Below, piece after piece: positions 9,889 to 20,772 of a DNA stretch of 64,000 nucleotides; the stretch's first letter is position 1; each line of letters starts with the position of its first letter. The stretch is taken from NCBI GenBank assembly GCA_965206595.1, contig OZ242214.1:480001-544000 (forward strand), read 5' to 3'. Source of the DNA: Candidatus Latescibacterota bacterium (GTDB lineage Bacteria > Latescibacterota > UBA2968 > UBA8231). The notes under the pieces were generated by a model, which saw only the letters and a program-made list of their open reading frames with translations, was not told where the DNA came from and did no database searches. Both the position numbers and the translations under genes were made by a program.

Positions 9889-10833
9889 ATGAAAAAACTC
9901 TTTCTCTCCTACTCTCATGCCGACGAGGAATACTGTGACATGCTGCAGAAACATCTGTCGGCGCTCCAACACCAAGGACTTATTGAGCCATGGCACGATC
10001 GGCGTATCAGGGCCGGTGACGAATTCGAAAACGTTATCGACAAGCAGCTCAATGAAGCGGACATCATCCTTCTTTTGGTGAGCTCCGATTTTATCGCATC
10101 GCGCTATTGCTACGAAATTGAGATGAATCGGGCTCTCGAACGGCATCATGCCGGCGAAGCACGGGTCGTCCCTGTGATCCTTAGGCCATGTGATTGGAGC
10201 GATACACCCTTTGGGAAGCTTCTGGCAGCCCCGAAGGATGGGAAGGCTGTCAAACTCTGGCCGGACATTGACGAAGCCTTTCTCGACGTTGTGCGGCACA
10301 TCAAGGCCGCTCTGCCACGTGATAACCCTCCTTCATCGGCCACGGCTGTAGCGGGGGCCGCAACACTGACTTCAGCGCCAATTGTCGAGGTTACACGCTC
10401 AGCCAAACTGACAATCCGCAAATCCTTTACCGAGGCAGACAAGGACGATTTCCTAGATCGGACCTATACCTATATCGCGGTATATTTTGAGAACTCGCTA
10501 CAGGAGCTTGAGGCGCGCAATCCGGAACTGACCACGCGATTTCGAAAAATCGATGAAACACGCTTCACGGCAGTTGTTTACCGCAACGGCACCGCTGTCT
10601 CGCGATGCAAGATCACGCTGGGCGGCATGTTTGGACGATCAATTGGCTTCTCCTTCAATGATCAGCCAAGCGACAACAGCTTAAATGAGAACCTTTCGGT
10701 CGAAGCGGATGAACAGCACCTCTTCCTCAAAGCCATGGGCATGGCGGTTTATGGCACGTCGGAAGACCGAAAACTCACGCAGGAAGGTGCCGCCGAGCTC
10801 TATTGGTCGTTGCTGATGCAAGTACTGCAATAA
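9889..10833 (+). CDS. TIR-domain protein with unknown C-terminal domain
   Basis: LFLSYSHAD, WHDRRIRAG, ILLLVSSDFIASRYCYEIEM, VVPVILRPCDW; RBS GGAGG. Confidence 0.9.
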   Translation: MKKLFLSYSHADEEYCDMLQKHLSALQHQGLIEPWHDRRIRAGDEFENVIDKQLNEADIILLLVSSDFIASRYCYEIEMNRALERHHAGEARVVPVILRPCDWSDTPFGKLLAAPKDGKAVKLWPDIDEAFLDVVRHIKAALPRDNPPSSATAVAGAATLTSAPIVEVTRSAKLTIRKSFTEADKDDFLDRTYTYIAVYFENSLQELEARNPELTTRFRKIDETRFTAVVYRNGTAVSRCKITLGGMFGRSIGFSFNDQPSDNSLNENLSVEADEQHLFLKAMGMAVYGTSEDRKLTQEGAAELYWSLLMQVLQ

Positions 10834-10972
10834 CGTTGGGGCACAAGACCTTGTGAAAAACTCACCGCCTTGGTGCCGCCGCGGTGACTGCCTCATACGC
10901 TATCACGGGGTTCTCTTCCCCAACGCAAGAGATCGCCCACTGGAGACATGTGCGCAATGAAACGGTGGCGAA

Positions 10973-12114
10973 GTGTTCGGTTATAGGAGACGCTCGTTTC
11001 GAGAAGCGGCCGCAATGCTGTCGACCGTTCGGGATCAACCGGCGGACATGCAGACGCTATTCGAGCTACAGAACCTGCTGATTGCCGAAGTGACGCTTGC
11101 CGAGAGGCGCGTCCGGGAAAACAAGGCGCTCGCGAGAGCGGAAAACGGCAAGGGATCGCGGTACTACGAAGCGCGCGCAAGGCTATCGGGCGGTCGATTT
11201 ATTACTGGAAGGCGATCGGCGACGCGATCGCATTCCTCTACTGTGACCGATTCGCCCTGAAGCACGTCTACTACAACACGCACAACGCGAAAGTCAGGCA
11301 GGACGGCGGTTTCATCTCGGGCTCCGCAGGATTCGAACAGGAGTTCGAGGTATTGCGAACACTCCTGGACGGCGGATGTCCGTGCGTTCTCTGCGACTTG
11401 ACGAATACGGTCCGGTACGGAGACATCTGCGTGCTGGCCGGGAATGACCCGAGGATCGTCGAAGTGAAGGCCTCGGGAACGCGAGACAGGCGCCAGACAC
11501 GCCAGATGAGGAACATGAGGAAGCTGCAGGATTTCTACGAGACCGACGTATCCCATGGTCTACGGGGTTTTCCAGCTCTACATCGGGTCGAAACGGAGAG
11601 TGCCATGAAGTCGTTTGAGTCGGAGTTCAACCAATGCATCGACGAGTCGTATGAGCGGGGGTACGCGGTGAAGTCGCCGGAACCGGGCGTTTGCTATGTT
11701 GCGATTACCGAAGACGTTCGGCCGGAGGAGGTCTTCGAGCAGACGAATCTGGCAAAACCGTGGGCATTCAGCCTGAACGAGGCGAAGTGGAGTCAGGGCT
11801 GGTCTCCATACTATCCGTTCACCTTGCTCATCCGGTCCGAGCGGGCACTCTACGATTTCATACTTGGACGGCTGTTTGTCATGGCCCCGCTCGACGTGGC
11901 CGTCATGAAGGATCTGGTTCGTGCGATGGGTTACACACCGGAGTTCGACGTGGAGTCGGACTATCCGCTTCGGGCGAGCAGGAACGGGGGAGAGGAACAG
12001 GTGGGTGTCTCGGTTCACCTATTGAGGCGAGCGGCTCTAGAAGCGTTGTCGCTGAGGTGGGTCGTCGAGGTTGGAATTCGAGGTTTTGAAGACAGCGTTG
12101 ACCGTGCTCGATGA
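10973..12114 (+). pseudogene. Frameshifted gene with PD-(D/E)xK-like motif
   Basis: ORF 10973 (...YYEAR) switches near 11175 to the frame KAIGRSIYYWKAIGDAIAFLY..., which runs into ORF 11353-12114 (GDICVL...IVEVKAS). Confidence 0.65.
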
Positions 12115-12618
12115 CGGGTTTTCGCGTGCCACGGGGCCGAAGGAGCCCCTTCTACCGCAGCCTTGCGGCTGACTCAGCATGCGCTTCGAAGTGAGGACGG
12201 CCCGGTGGGGGCTGGCGCAACCTAAGCCCGGACGTGCCGCAAAGAACCGCCGATGGAATTGCAGCTGGGGGCGGATCAGCTACGTGGCTTGCCTAGGTTG
12301 GCTACCGGTGGTCCGTCTTGGCGTGCATATAGCTCGTGTTCGACCCGAACGCGAAATGCGCGCCAGCGATCGTCACTCGAAGGGGCCGAGATCGTTGGCG
12401 TGCTCGGTTCGCTAATGGCGAATAGAGCGCGGGCGGAAGCGGCGCCCTAGACTGGGTTCACGGGATTGCGAACTCGCGAGATCCGCGGCGTGACGATGCG
12501 AGTGTGCGGACCGTGAGCCGGAACCGTTTTGACGCTGGTGCCCCAAGCGGTCGGTTGCCGGCTATAGGGGAATTTGACCGAGGCGCGTAGGCGAGGGATA
12601 GTCTCGTAGGAGGCAGCG

Positions 12619-13593
12619 ATGGACAGGCTCTTTCGGAACGCGATCGACTCGATTCGGATCGGGGTAGAGGACTACCAGACGCAAGAGGGGATCAGAACGC
12701 TGTCGGCGGTTCGCAATCTGCACGCGGGGTTGCTGCTGCTGGCCAAGTGGGTGCTTGTCGAGAGCGTTCCGAACGCGAGCGAGGAGGATGTGATCGCGGC
12801 AGCTTACGAACCCGAGCCGGACGGCAAGGGCGGGGTGAACTACGTGCCCGCCCGCAACCAGACGATCGGGCTGCACGATATCCGCCGCCGATTCGAAAAA
12901 TTCGGGCTAGACCTGACTGCGAAGACGAAAAAACGTCTTGACTCGCTCGCAAAGGTGCGTAACGCGATAGAACATCGTTACGTGGGAACGACCGGCGCGT
13001 CCTTGCGGCAAACGGTGTCGGAGGCCTTTCTCGTGGCGGCGGAGTTCTTCCGGCTTGGCGGTCTGGACCCCGTAGAGCAACTAGGCGATGCGTGGGGCGT
13101 GATGCTGGAGGTGAACGAGGTCTACGAGAGGGAATCTGAGGCATGCTGGGCGACGTTCGAGAACGTCGAGTGGCGGTTCCCGGTGCGGGACGGTAGCGGT
13201 CCTGAGTGTCCGAGTTGCGAATCCGAGCTGGTGGAACAGGATAATCCGGACAACGAAGAGCAGGATCGGGCAAGCGGTAGGTGCCGGTCCTGCGGGGAAC
13301 AGGTGGAGGCGGAGGCCATCATCGAGCACCTCGTCAAGTCGAATTTTGCGTGGCTGGACTATGTGTCTGTCAAGGAGACGGGGGAATGCGTGTTGTTTGC
13401 GTGTCCTTCTTGCATGCGGGAAACCTACGTCAACGATGTGGACGATGGCGGCGAGTTGATGGGGTGTCTGAGCTGCAGCTTTAGGCTCGGGCGCTGCGGT
13501 GTTTGCGGCAAGGGCTTGGTGCCGGACGATTTGTACGGGGACAGCGAGGACTTGTGCGGCTCCTGCGGATACGGGATGGCCAAGGCTGACTAG
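12619..13593 (+). CDS. HEPN-like protein with C-terminal zinc ribbons
   Basis: RBS AGGAGG; RNAIEH (Rx4H); six CxxC pairs. Confidence 0.65.
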   Translation: MDRLFRNAIDSIRIGVEDYQTQEGIRTLSAVRNLHAGLLLLAKWVLVESVPNASEEDVIAAAYEPEPDGKGGVNYVPARNQTIGLHDIRRRFEKFGLDLTAKTKKRLDSLAKVRNAIEHRYVGTTGASLRQTVSEAFLVAAEFFRLGGLDPVEQLGDAWGVMLEVNEVYERESEACWATFENVEWRFPVRDGSGPECPSCESELVEQDNPDNEEQDRASGRCRSCGEQVEAEAIIEHLVKSNFAWLDYVSVKETGECVLFACPSCMRETYVNDVDDGGELMGCLSCSFRLGRCGVCGKGLVPDDLYGDSEDLCGSCGYGMAKAD

Positions 13594-13737
13594 TGCTCAC
13601 TTCTTCGTCATCAAAAACAGCGACCCAAGGGACCAACGAGAAGTCGGCCAGCGCATCCAGGAATACCTCGTATGGCGAAATCGAAACAAGGACGATGCGA
13701 AACAGAGCACTAGCGACTGGCCTGTCCCCGTCCGGCT

Positions 13738-15420
13738 CTACCGCTCACGGGGCCACGCTTTCAGGGCAAGGATTGTCATATTCGCCTGCGCCTCGCTGAT
13801 CTCTTCTTGTCGCCAGCACCTATTCCCGCCCGCGCGGGCCGTTAGCTGCAGGTCGGAGGCCGAAAGAACCGGCTTCTTGACCGTCCAAGGCTTGTTGCCG
13901 ATTCGGTCATTTGGGCCTTTAGCCAGCAAAACCATGTTCCCGAGCCTGCCCACCCAAATCCCGTGCTCTTCAGCTGTGAAGGGCCACTCACCCGGCGTTG
14001 GGTTTCTAGGTAGGATATGCTCCAGATTCACCTGGTCGGCATCCTGGTTTGGTATCAACTCCGGCTCAGCCTTACGCAGGGCTACTCGTTCGAGGGTGTG
14101 CAAGTAATAGCGAGCGAGCCTCGCCGACGTCACACGTCTAATTCGGAACGCTGCTCCAAATTCCTCATCAGTCGGCACGATAGATCCGAGCGAAGTAAGT
14201 AGGTCGTCGATGCCCTTAATGGTTCCCTTGCGCACACCCACCGCCGCATCGCAATACGCCTTCTCAGCCACGCCCCCACCGATGCCGCCCACGATCAGCC
14301 CGCGAACACCCCAGCTCACAAGAGATCGCAGCGCCTCTTGCAGAGGAGCCGGTGAGAAGTGCTGCATCAGGGCAAGCAATAGAGGCCGCAGCTGTTCCAG
14401 ATGGAGACGGTCGAGGCTCTCGACGTTCGCCCGGGCCGAGTCTCCAAGTTCCCGCCAGAAGTCGTGGTCGCTGTTGAGAATGGCTGAGTAGTGGTGCGCC
14501 GCTGTCCGCAACTGCTCGGCCACATCCACCGCGTGTGCCCGAGTTGAAACCCGGTCCTTAATGCTGCGGAAGAGATCGCGCTCTCTAGTCGCCCCGTACT
14601 TCGAACTCCAAAAGTGCCGCAAGAAGGAGGTAAAGACTCGATTCTCTGCGGAGATGTCCAACGCACCGAGCGCAAACATCCAAGCGGCCCGCACGGTGTC
14701 GAGGTCGCTCCTCGCTCTCCGAAACAGGTAGTTCTTGAGAAGATCAGCGATGGTAAGGTCCGCACCGCGATCGTTCAGTGTTTCAAAGATCAGGAAGGCA
14801 TCAGCTTCGGTCGGTACGTCCACCACAACGACCCGGAGCCGTTTCTCCAGGAATTCCCGAAGGAGCAGCAACGTGTCGTACCAACCATCACCAGCCCCCT
14901 CCGCCATCGTCCGAACCCGCGCTCGCAAAGCCAAGTAGGCCTCGCAAATCAGTTCGTGCGACTTCCGCTGCGGGTCCGAGTCCGCCGCCGAGACGCGATC
15001 CACCACGAGACCCCGGAAATACGGATTGTCCTCGCTGTTAAGCCGTAGTCGAGGTCGCTCCTCCTTTGCGCGAGGATCGTATGTCGCGACGAATGTCGAA
15101 TGTACCTCTCTGCCAGCCTCCGATTCACCACGCTCCTCGTGCTCGTCACGAAGACATGCCAACAGAATGAGCGTCGTGGCCAAGCGTTGTTGTCCGTCTA
15201 TAATTGCGAGTTCGCGGTCCTCAGCTCCTTCTTCGGCGAAAACCAAGTTTCCGAGGAAGTACTCTTGACCGGCAGTAGCAAATGTGTCCCTGAGGTCGGT
15301 CCAGAACTCCTCGACCTGTTCCCGATCCCACGAGTACGATCGCTGGTAGACAGGCACCGATAGGACTCGGTCCGCGAGCACATGCCCGATCGCGTCGTCA
15401 TGAAACTTAAATTGAGACAT
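13738..15420 (-). CDS. DUF262+DUF1524 protein, GmrSD-like type IV restriction nuclease
   Basis: VPVYQRSYSW, IIDGQQR, FETLNDRG, LEHILP...LGNMVLL. Confidence 0.9.
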   Translation of the reverse strand: MSQFKFHDDAIGHVLADRVLSVPVYQRSYSWDREQVEEFWTDLRDTFATAGQEYFLGNLVFAEEGAEDRELAIIDGQQRLATTLILLACLRDEHEERGESEAGREVHSTFVATYDPRAKEERPRLRLNSEDNPYFRGLVVDRVSAADSDPQRKSHELICEAYLALRARVRTMAEGAGDGWYDTLLLLREFLEKRLRVVVVDVPTEADAFLIFETLNDRGADLTIADLLKNYLFRRARSDLDTVRAAWMFALGALDISAENRVFTSFLRHFWSSKYGATRERDLFRSIKDRVSTRAHAVDVAEQLRTAAHHYSAILNSDHDFWRELGDSARANVESLDRLHLEQLRPLLLALMQHFSPAPLQEALRSLVSWGVRGLIVGGIGGGVAEKAYCDAAVGVRKGTIKGIDDLLTSLGSIVPTDEEFGAAFRIRRVTSARLARYYLHTLERVALRKAEPELIPNQDADQVNLEHILPRNPTPGEWPFTAEEHGIWVGRLGNMVLLAKGPNDRIGNKPWTVKKPVLSASDLQLTARAGGNRCWRQEEISEAQANMTILALKAWPRER

Positions 15421-15557
15421 GCTTAGTCACCTTTCTGTTATACCGACCAACGGTCTATCCGACCACGGTCTATCATAGTAAGGTCCACTGGTTCGCGAAC
15501 CTCCAGCCAGTGCTCTGTAATGGATATTATTGAGGTCTCCTGGCGGTCAGCGCAAGG

Positions 15558-15655
15558 TTGCACCCGCCGCAGATCGAAAAAATCACCGCCCTGGTGCCGA
15601 CGCCGCGACTCGTCCTCATCCGTTATCACGGGGTCCTCGCCCCCAATGCCAGAGA
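15558..15655 (+). pseudogene. IS91-family transposase C-terminal remnant
   Basis: EKITALVPTPRLVLIRYHGVLAPNA matches the IS91/ISCR C-terminal motif LVPxPRxxLIRYHGVxAPN. Confidence 0.7.
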
Positions 15656-15708
15656 TTGCCCTCACAGTAACGCAAGGAACGGTGCGAACTGCCCCGAAAG
15701 GAAAAACC

Positions 15709-17124
15709 ATGCACGAGACCAACCTGCTGAGAGCCGGAGCGGCGATGATCGACATCACCCCGCCCGCAGGTACGCATCTGGCAGGAAGCGGAGCCGGCGA
15801 GCGCCGCCCGGCCCAGGCCGTGATGGACCCGCTCTTTGCCAAGGCCATAGTCTTCGAAGCTCGCGAGCGGCGCCTCTGCATGGTGATCCTCGATCTCACC
15901 ATGGTCACCGGCGACTACACCGACCGGATTCGCGCCGCCATCGGCGAGCAAACGGGCATCGCACCCGAGGGGATCATGGTTCAGGCGACCCAGACGCACT
16001 CCGCCCCGAGCCTCGGCTGCTTTTTGCTGGATCCGGATTTCCCCTTGGAGACCCCCGGGGAGACCGAGTATCTGCGCGGGGCCGAGCGCGCCTACGGCGA
16101 CCGGGCTGCCGCCGCCGCGGTGGAGGCCGCGGTCGAAGCGGTGGGCAAGCTGCAACCCGTGCGCATCGGTTTGGGGCGCGGCGTGTTGGGGGACCTGGCC
16201 TTCAATCGCCGCGGCGTACGCCGGGACGGCACCATCGCCATGCCCAAGCCGCTGGGCCGGGAACAGCAGCCGTTCGGGAACGCGGATATCTGCTATCTCG
16301 AAGGGCCGATGGACCCTGAAGTCGGCGTCTGCTGCGTCCAGGACATGGACATGCGGCCGCTGGCCTTTCTCCTGCACTACACCTGTCACCCGGTCAATGT
16401 GTTCGGGTGCCCCGAGACCTACCGGGCCGTGTCGGCGGATTGGCCCGGCGCCTGGACGCGGGAGATGCAGCAGCGGTTCGGCTCCGACGCCGTGCCGTTG
16501 GTCGTCAACGGCTGTTGCGGCAACATCAACCCCTGGCATCCCTTCGACCCGGATTTCCTGCCGGACCACCGGCGGATGGGGCGCGAACTGGCCCGGATGA
16601 GCGAACGAATCGTTCACAGTATGGCGTTCGCCGACAACGCTGCGTTGGCTTGCAGGGTCGAAAAGGTCGGCCTGCCCTTCCGCGAGATTCCGGCCGGGCG
16701 CTTGCGCGAGGTCGATGCGATTCTCGCTGAGAATCCACGACCGCCGCGCGGGGCAAACGGCGAAGTGGATCCGCGCTGGTTCCGGGCCGCATCGACCCGC
16801 AGCGTCGAACTGTGCCGGCAGCGGGACGCTGAATTCCCTTATGAAATCCAGGCTTTCCGCATCGGCGGCCTCGGCGTTATCGGCCTGCCCGGGGAACCTT
16901 TTGTCGAAGGGCAGCTCGAACTCAAAACGAACTCGGCGGCTCCTTTTCTTTTTCCAGCGCACCTCACCGCGCACTATGTCGGCTACCTGCCGACGCGGGG
17001 GGCGTACGCCCGAGGAGGACACGAAGCCAACGAGGACGTTACCTACTGGGCCAAGCTCGCCCCCGGTTGCCTCGAAACAGTGGTCGAGCAGGCTCGGACG
17101 CTGGTACAAGAGCTGTTTGTATGA
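15709..17124 (+). CDS. Neutral/alkaline ceramidase-like amidohydrolase
   Basis: DITPP, DPLFAKA, TQTHSAP, FNRR, GPMDPEV, HYTCHP, SADWPG, LPGEPF, GYLPT; RBS GAAAGGA. Confidence 0.85.
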   Translation: MHETNLLRAGAAMIDITPPAGTHLAGSGAGERRPAQAVMDPLFAKAIVFEARERRLCMVILDLTMVTGDYTDRIRAAIGEQTGIAPEGIMVQATQTHSAPSLGCFLLDPDFPLETPGETEYLRGAERAYGDRAAAAAVEAAVEAVGKLQPVRIGLGRGVLGDLAFNRRGVRRDGTIAMPKPLGREQQPFGNADICYLEGPMDPEVGVCCVQDMDMRPLAFLLHYTCHPVNVFGCPETYRAVSADWPGAWTREMQQRFGSDAVPLVVNGCCGNINPWHPFDPDFLPDHRRMGRELARMSERIVHSMAFADNAALACRVEKVGLPFREIPAGRLREVDAILAENPRPPRGANGEVDPRWFRAASTRSVELCRQRDAEFPYEIQAFRIGGLGVIGLPGEPFVEGQLELKTNSAAPFLFPAHLTAHYVGYLPTRGAYARGGHEANEDVTYWAKLAPGCLETVVEQARTLVQELFV

Positions 17125-17348
17125 AGGCGGGGCTTGTGGCAGCTGGAGCACCAGCCTGGCCGATAGCACGCTCGACCGGAAGCGGCTGTTCAAGGTCATG
17201 GATCCAGGCGATACCGCGGCTGCATCGAGCTGGAGTACAGGCGGCAACGATATTCCCGGCACGGTGGCGTTCGTCTGCTGTTTCCATAAACTGGTGGGGC
17301 GAGGGTGACCGATTCGAAAGCGATACATCCAGACCGGAGAAGAGTGCA

Positions 17349-18530
17349 GTGAATCTGACATGCGACACCACTACCTTCCGCGACCGCCAGGCGATTCGTC
17401 TCGAGAGCGATGCGTTGCAGGTGACCGCGCTGACCGGCTGCGGACACCTGGCGAGTCTGCGCCGCCCGGATGTCGATGTGAACCCGCTGTGGGAACCGCC
17501 CTGGCCGTTGATCGAGCCGGAGGCCTGGGATCCGCGGAAGCATCCGGAAACCTACGGTCCCGGCGAGGGCCGTCTGCTCGCTTCGCTGGCCGGCCACTCA
17601 CTCTGTCTCAATCATTTCGGCGACATCAGCGAAGCCGAGGAGGCCGTGGGCGGGTATCACCACGGGGAAGCGTCGAATCTGCCCTGGACGGTGTTCGCCC
17701 AACAGGCCGATGCCGGCTGTGCCCGCCTCGATTACGGCCTCGACCTGCCGGATGCGCGGATGCGCTTTCTCCGCACCCTGGAGATACGACCGGGCGAATC
17801 GACCCTCTACATCAGGGAGCGCACGACGAACCTGCGGCGCTCGGATGCCCCGTTCTTCTGCCAGCAGCACGTGACGCTGGGGCCCCCTTTTGTCGAAGGG
17901 GGCCTGACCCGCCTCGACCTGCCGGCAAGGAGGGGACAGACGAATCCGGTCGCCATCCACGGCACCGATCCCCTGCTGCCGGACCAGTCATTCGACTGGC
18001 CCGCGGCTCTGCTGCAGGGCAATCGCGGCACCGCCGACCTGAGCCGCTATCCGGAGGATCGCTACATGGCGGTGGCCACGGTCCTTCTCGAACCGGAGGG
18101 AGACTACGCGTTTACCGCGGTCTCGAATCCCCGGCTCGGATTATTGCTCGTGTACGTCTTTCCCCATGAGGTATTTCCCTGGACCACCTTGTGGTACGAA
18201 CACGAGGCCGCCGAGTTCCTCCCTTACAGCAACAGGACGACTGCATGGGGTGTGGAGTTCGGCTCGGTCGCCCTGGCACACAGGGTCATGGACACCATGA
18301 TGGCCGGACCGCTCTTGGGCGTGCCCCGCTTCGGGGCTCTGTCGGCGCGGCACACGGTGGAAGTGAACTACCAGGCCCACATGCTGCGCATTCCGGAGGA
18401 TTGGCAGGGAGTCGAACGCGTCGTCCATGCCGACGGCGAAACGATCGCCGAGGAACGCGGTTCAGACCGGTGTGTGCGAACGCCCAGCGACTGGCGCGTG
18501 TCGACGTGTTCCGCGCCCGCGTGCGCCTGA
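17349..18530 (+). CDS. Aldose-1-epimerase/galactose mutarotase-like protein
   Basis: AIRLES...GHLASL...NPLW, HGE, QQHVTLGPPF; GTG start inferred. Confidence 0.65.
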   Translation: MNLTCDTTTFRDRQAIRLESDALQVTALTGCGHLASLRRPDVDVNPLWEPPWPLIEPEAWDPRKHPETYGPGEGRLLASLAGHSLCLNHFGDISEAEEAVGGYHHGEASNLPWTVFAQQADAGCARLDYGLDLPDARMRFLRTLEIRPGESTLYIRERTTNLRRSDAPFFCQQHVTLGPPFVEGGLTRLDLPARRGQTNPVAIHGTDPLLPDQSFDWPAALLQGNRGTADLSRYPEDRYMAVATVLLEPEGDYAFTAVSNPRLGLLLVYVFPHEVFPWTTLWYEHEAAEFLPYSNRTTAWGVEFGSVALAHRVMDTMMAGPLLGVPRFGALSARHTVEVNYQAHMLRIPEDWQGVERVVHADGETIAEERGSDRCVRTPSDWRVSTCSAPACA

Positions 18531-18547
18531 TCTTTCGGTGTCCCGGC

Positions 18548-19726
18548 CTATCCAGGCTCCTGAAGAAGGGCGGCCATTTCCCTCAGGCCAATCGCCTCGA
18601 CATCCTCCGACAGCCGGTAGCGCTCGTTTCCGGAATAGAGGATGAAGGACCGCTCCGGTTCGATGTCGTCGCAGGCATTGTGGAAGCCGCGGCTCGGACG
18701 GGGGGTCAGACCGAGCTTGATCTCGATGGCCCAGGGCCGGCGTCCGCCCGGCAGTTCGAGCACCAGATCGACCTCGGCTCCGGCCTGGGTGCGATAGAAG
18801 CTCGCCGCCGTTCCTGGCGGAACCGCCGCCAACAGGTTCTCGATCACGAACCCCTCCCAACTGGCGCCGGCCACGGGATGGCCGGCCAGTGCGTTGTGGT
18901 TTTCGATGCCGAGCAGGGCGTGGACCAGACCGCTGTCCCGGACATAGACCTTGGGGGACTTGACCAGCCGTTTGCGGATGTTGACGTGGAAGGGCCTCAG
19001 GCGGCGCACCAGCAACAGGTCGACCAGCAGATCGATGTACCCGGTAACGGTCGGACTGCTCACCCCCAGGCTGGCTGCCAGTTTTGACGCGTTCAGGAGC
19101 GCGCCCTGGCCGTGGGCCAGCATCGTCCACATCCGCTCCAGCGTCTCGGCCGGTATTCGCCGCAGCGTGAACTCGGACACGTCGCGGTGAAGGTAGGTGC
19201 GAATGAAATCGCGGCGGAAAGCGATGCTGTGGGTATCGCTGGCCGCGAGCAGGCTGTCGGGAAACCCGCCGCGCACCCAGAGCGCGCCCATCGGCGCCGT
19301 CGCAGCGGTGACGTCGAGGACGTCGAGCGGGTTGAGCGGTACGTACTCGATGCGTCCGGCCAGGCTTTCCCCCGACTGCCTGAGCAGGTCCACGGATGCC
19401 GATCCCAGGATCAGGAAGCGGCCCGTGCCTTTGCCCAGCCGCCGGCCACGGTCGATCAGGCCGCGCAACTCCTGAAACAGTTCGGGTGCGCGGTGGATCT
19501 CGTCGAGAACGACGAGGCAATCCTCGTACTCTGAGAGGAACAGGGCTGGATCGGTGAGCTTGGCGCGGTCGGCGCCGGCTTCCAGGTCGAGGTAGAGGGC
19601 ATCTGTCTGTTCCGCGATCGCGTTGGCGAGGGTAGTTTTTCCCACTTGTCGCGGCCCTATCAGCGCAACCGCCGCTTGTCGCTTCAAGGCGGTTCTGATA
19701 AATCGATTTGCACGTCGAGGTATCAT
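18548..19726 (-). CDS. AAA+ ATPase with DUF4143
   Basis: GPRQVGKTT, LDEIH, ILGSAS, ESLAGR, RGGFP, KSPKVYVRDSG, GAEVD, IEIK. Confidence 0.92.
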   Translation of the reverse strand: MIPRRANRFIRTALKRQAAVALIGPRQVGKTTLANAIAEQTDALYLDLEAGADRAKLTDPALFLSEYEDCLVVLDEIHRAPELFQELRGLIDRGRRLGKGTGRFLILGSASVDLLRQSGESLAGRIEYVPLNPLDVLDVTAATAPMGALWVRGGFPDSLLAASDTHSIAFRRDFIRTYLHRDVSEFTLRRIPAETLERMWTMLAHGQGALLNASKLAASLGVSSPTVTGYIDLLVDLLLVRRLRPFHVNIRKRLVKSPKVYVRDSGLVHALLGIENHNALAGHPVAGASWEGFVIENLLAAVPPGTAASFYRTQAGAEVDLVLELPGGRRPWAIEIKLGLTPRPSRGFHNACDDIEPERSFILYSGNERYRLSEDVEAIGLREMAALLQEPG

Positions 19727-19945
19727 TATCCTTGCAAATTAAAAGTCAATGTTTAAAAAAACAAGGATACAGCCCCAAGGAGTGCCTTGGGGGAGGCCTC
19801 TGAGAAGGACGACTCTCCACTTGGGGCTCGATCACCGAGGCGGGAAGGCTCAGCGGGCAGCATCCCGAGTTCTGGGACTCCATGCGGATACTCCCGAGAT
19901 TATCGAGTTGACGACCGCTAATCGAGGAGGGACAGGAGGATCACC

Positions 19946-20755
19946 ATGAGTGTGCCTGACATTACCCTGGCCTCGGGCCACGCCATCCCGCAACTGGGCC
20001 TGGGCACCTGGCTGTTGCGCGGAAAGCAGTGCCAGGCCGTGGTCGAAGAAGCCCTCGAACTGGGCTATACGCACCTGGATTCGGCCTGGATGTACCAGAA
20101 CCAGGATGCCATCGGCCGCACCCTGAAGGAGGTGGGAGCCGACCGCGACCGGCTCTTCATCACCTCCAAGATCTGGCATTCGCACCTGGAGTACGAGGCG
20201 GCCCTGGAGCAGATGGAGGAGATTCTGCGCGATCTGCGGACCGGATACGTCGACCTCCTGCTCATCCACCACCCCGGTCAGGGCGTGCCGGTGGAACGCA
20301 CCCTGGCTGCCTTCGAGAAAATCCACCGGGCCGGCCGGGCCCGCAGCATTGGCATCAGCAATTTCAGTATCGAGCAGACCGATAAGGCCCGGGCCGCCAC
20401 CGGTTTGCCCATCTGCACCAACCAGGTGGAATACCACCTGCGTCACAACCGCGAAAAACTGCGCCGCCACTGCCACGCCCACGATGTGGTGCTGACCGCG
20501 CACCGCCCGCTGGCCCAGGGCGAGCTGGCCCGGGACAAGGCTCTGAAACAGGTGGCCGCCGAACACGGCAAAACCCCGGCACAGGTGGCCATGAAGTGGC
20601 TTTTGCAAAAAGACATGGTCGTCATCCCCAAGGCCAGCTCAACGGCACATTTGCGCGCCAATCTCGATCTGTTCGACTGGCAGTTGGGAGCCGGGGAGAT
20701 GGCGCGCCTCGACGCAGTGGGGAGCGACCCGGATTTGCTGAACCACAGGCGCTGA
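19946..20755 (+). CDS. Aldo/keto reductase
   Basis: LGLGTW, LDSAWMYQN, FITSK, SIGISNF, NQVEYH, VIPKAS. Confidence 0.93.
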   Translation: MSVPDITLASGHAIPQLGLGTWLLRGKQCQAVVEEALELGYTHLDSAWMYQNQDAIGRTLKEVGADRDRLFITSKIWHSHLEYEAALEQMEEILRDLRTGYVDLLLIHHPGQGVPVERTLAAFEKIHRAGRARSIGISNFSIEQTDKARAATGLPICTNQVEYHLRHNREKLRRHCHAHDVVLTAHRPLAQGELARDKALKQVAAEHGKTPAQVAMKWLLQKDMVVIPKASSTAHLRANLDLFDWQLGAGEMARLDAVGSDPDLLNHRR

Positions 20756-20772
20756 ACCAGCGGTGTATCCAC

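Noticed and set aside
9889-10833. Thoeris or CBASS system
   Set aside because: No SIR2/Macro ThsA or cyclase gene nearby
8040-13740. Integron cassette array
   Set aside because: No convincing attC sites (RYYYAAC...GTTRRRY) and no integrase seen
17140-17310. Sugar-phosphate isomerase remnant (LDRKRLFKVM...YRGCIELEY across frames)
   Set aside because: Too short and fragmented to support as a feature
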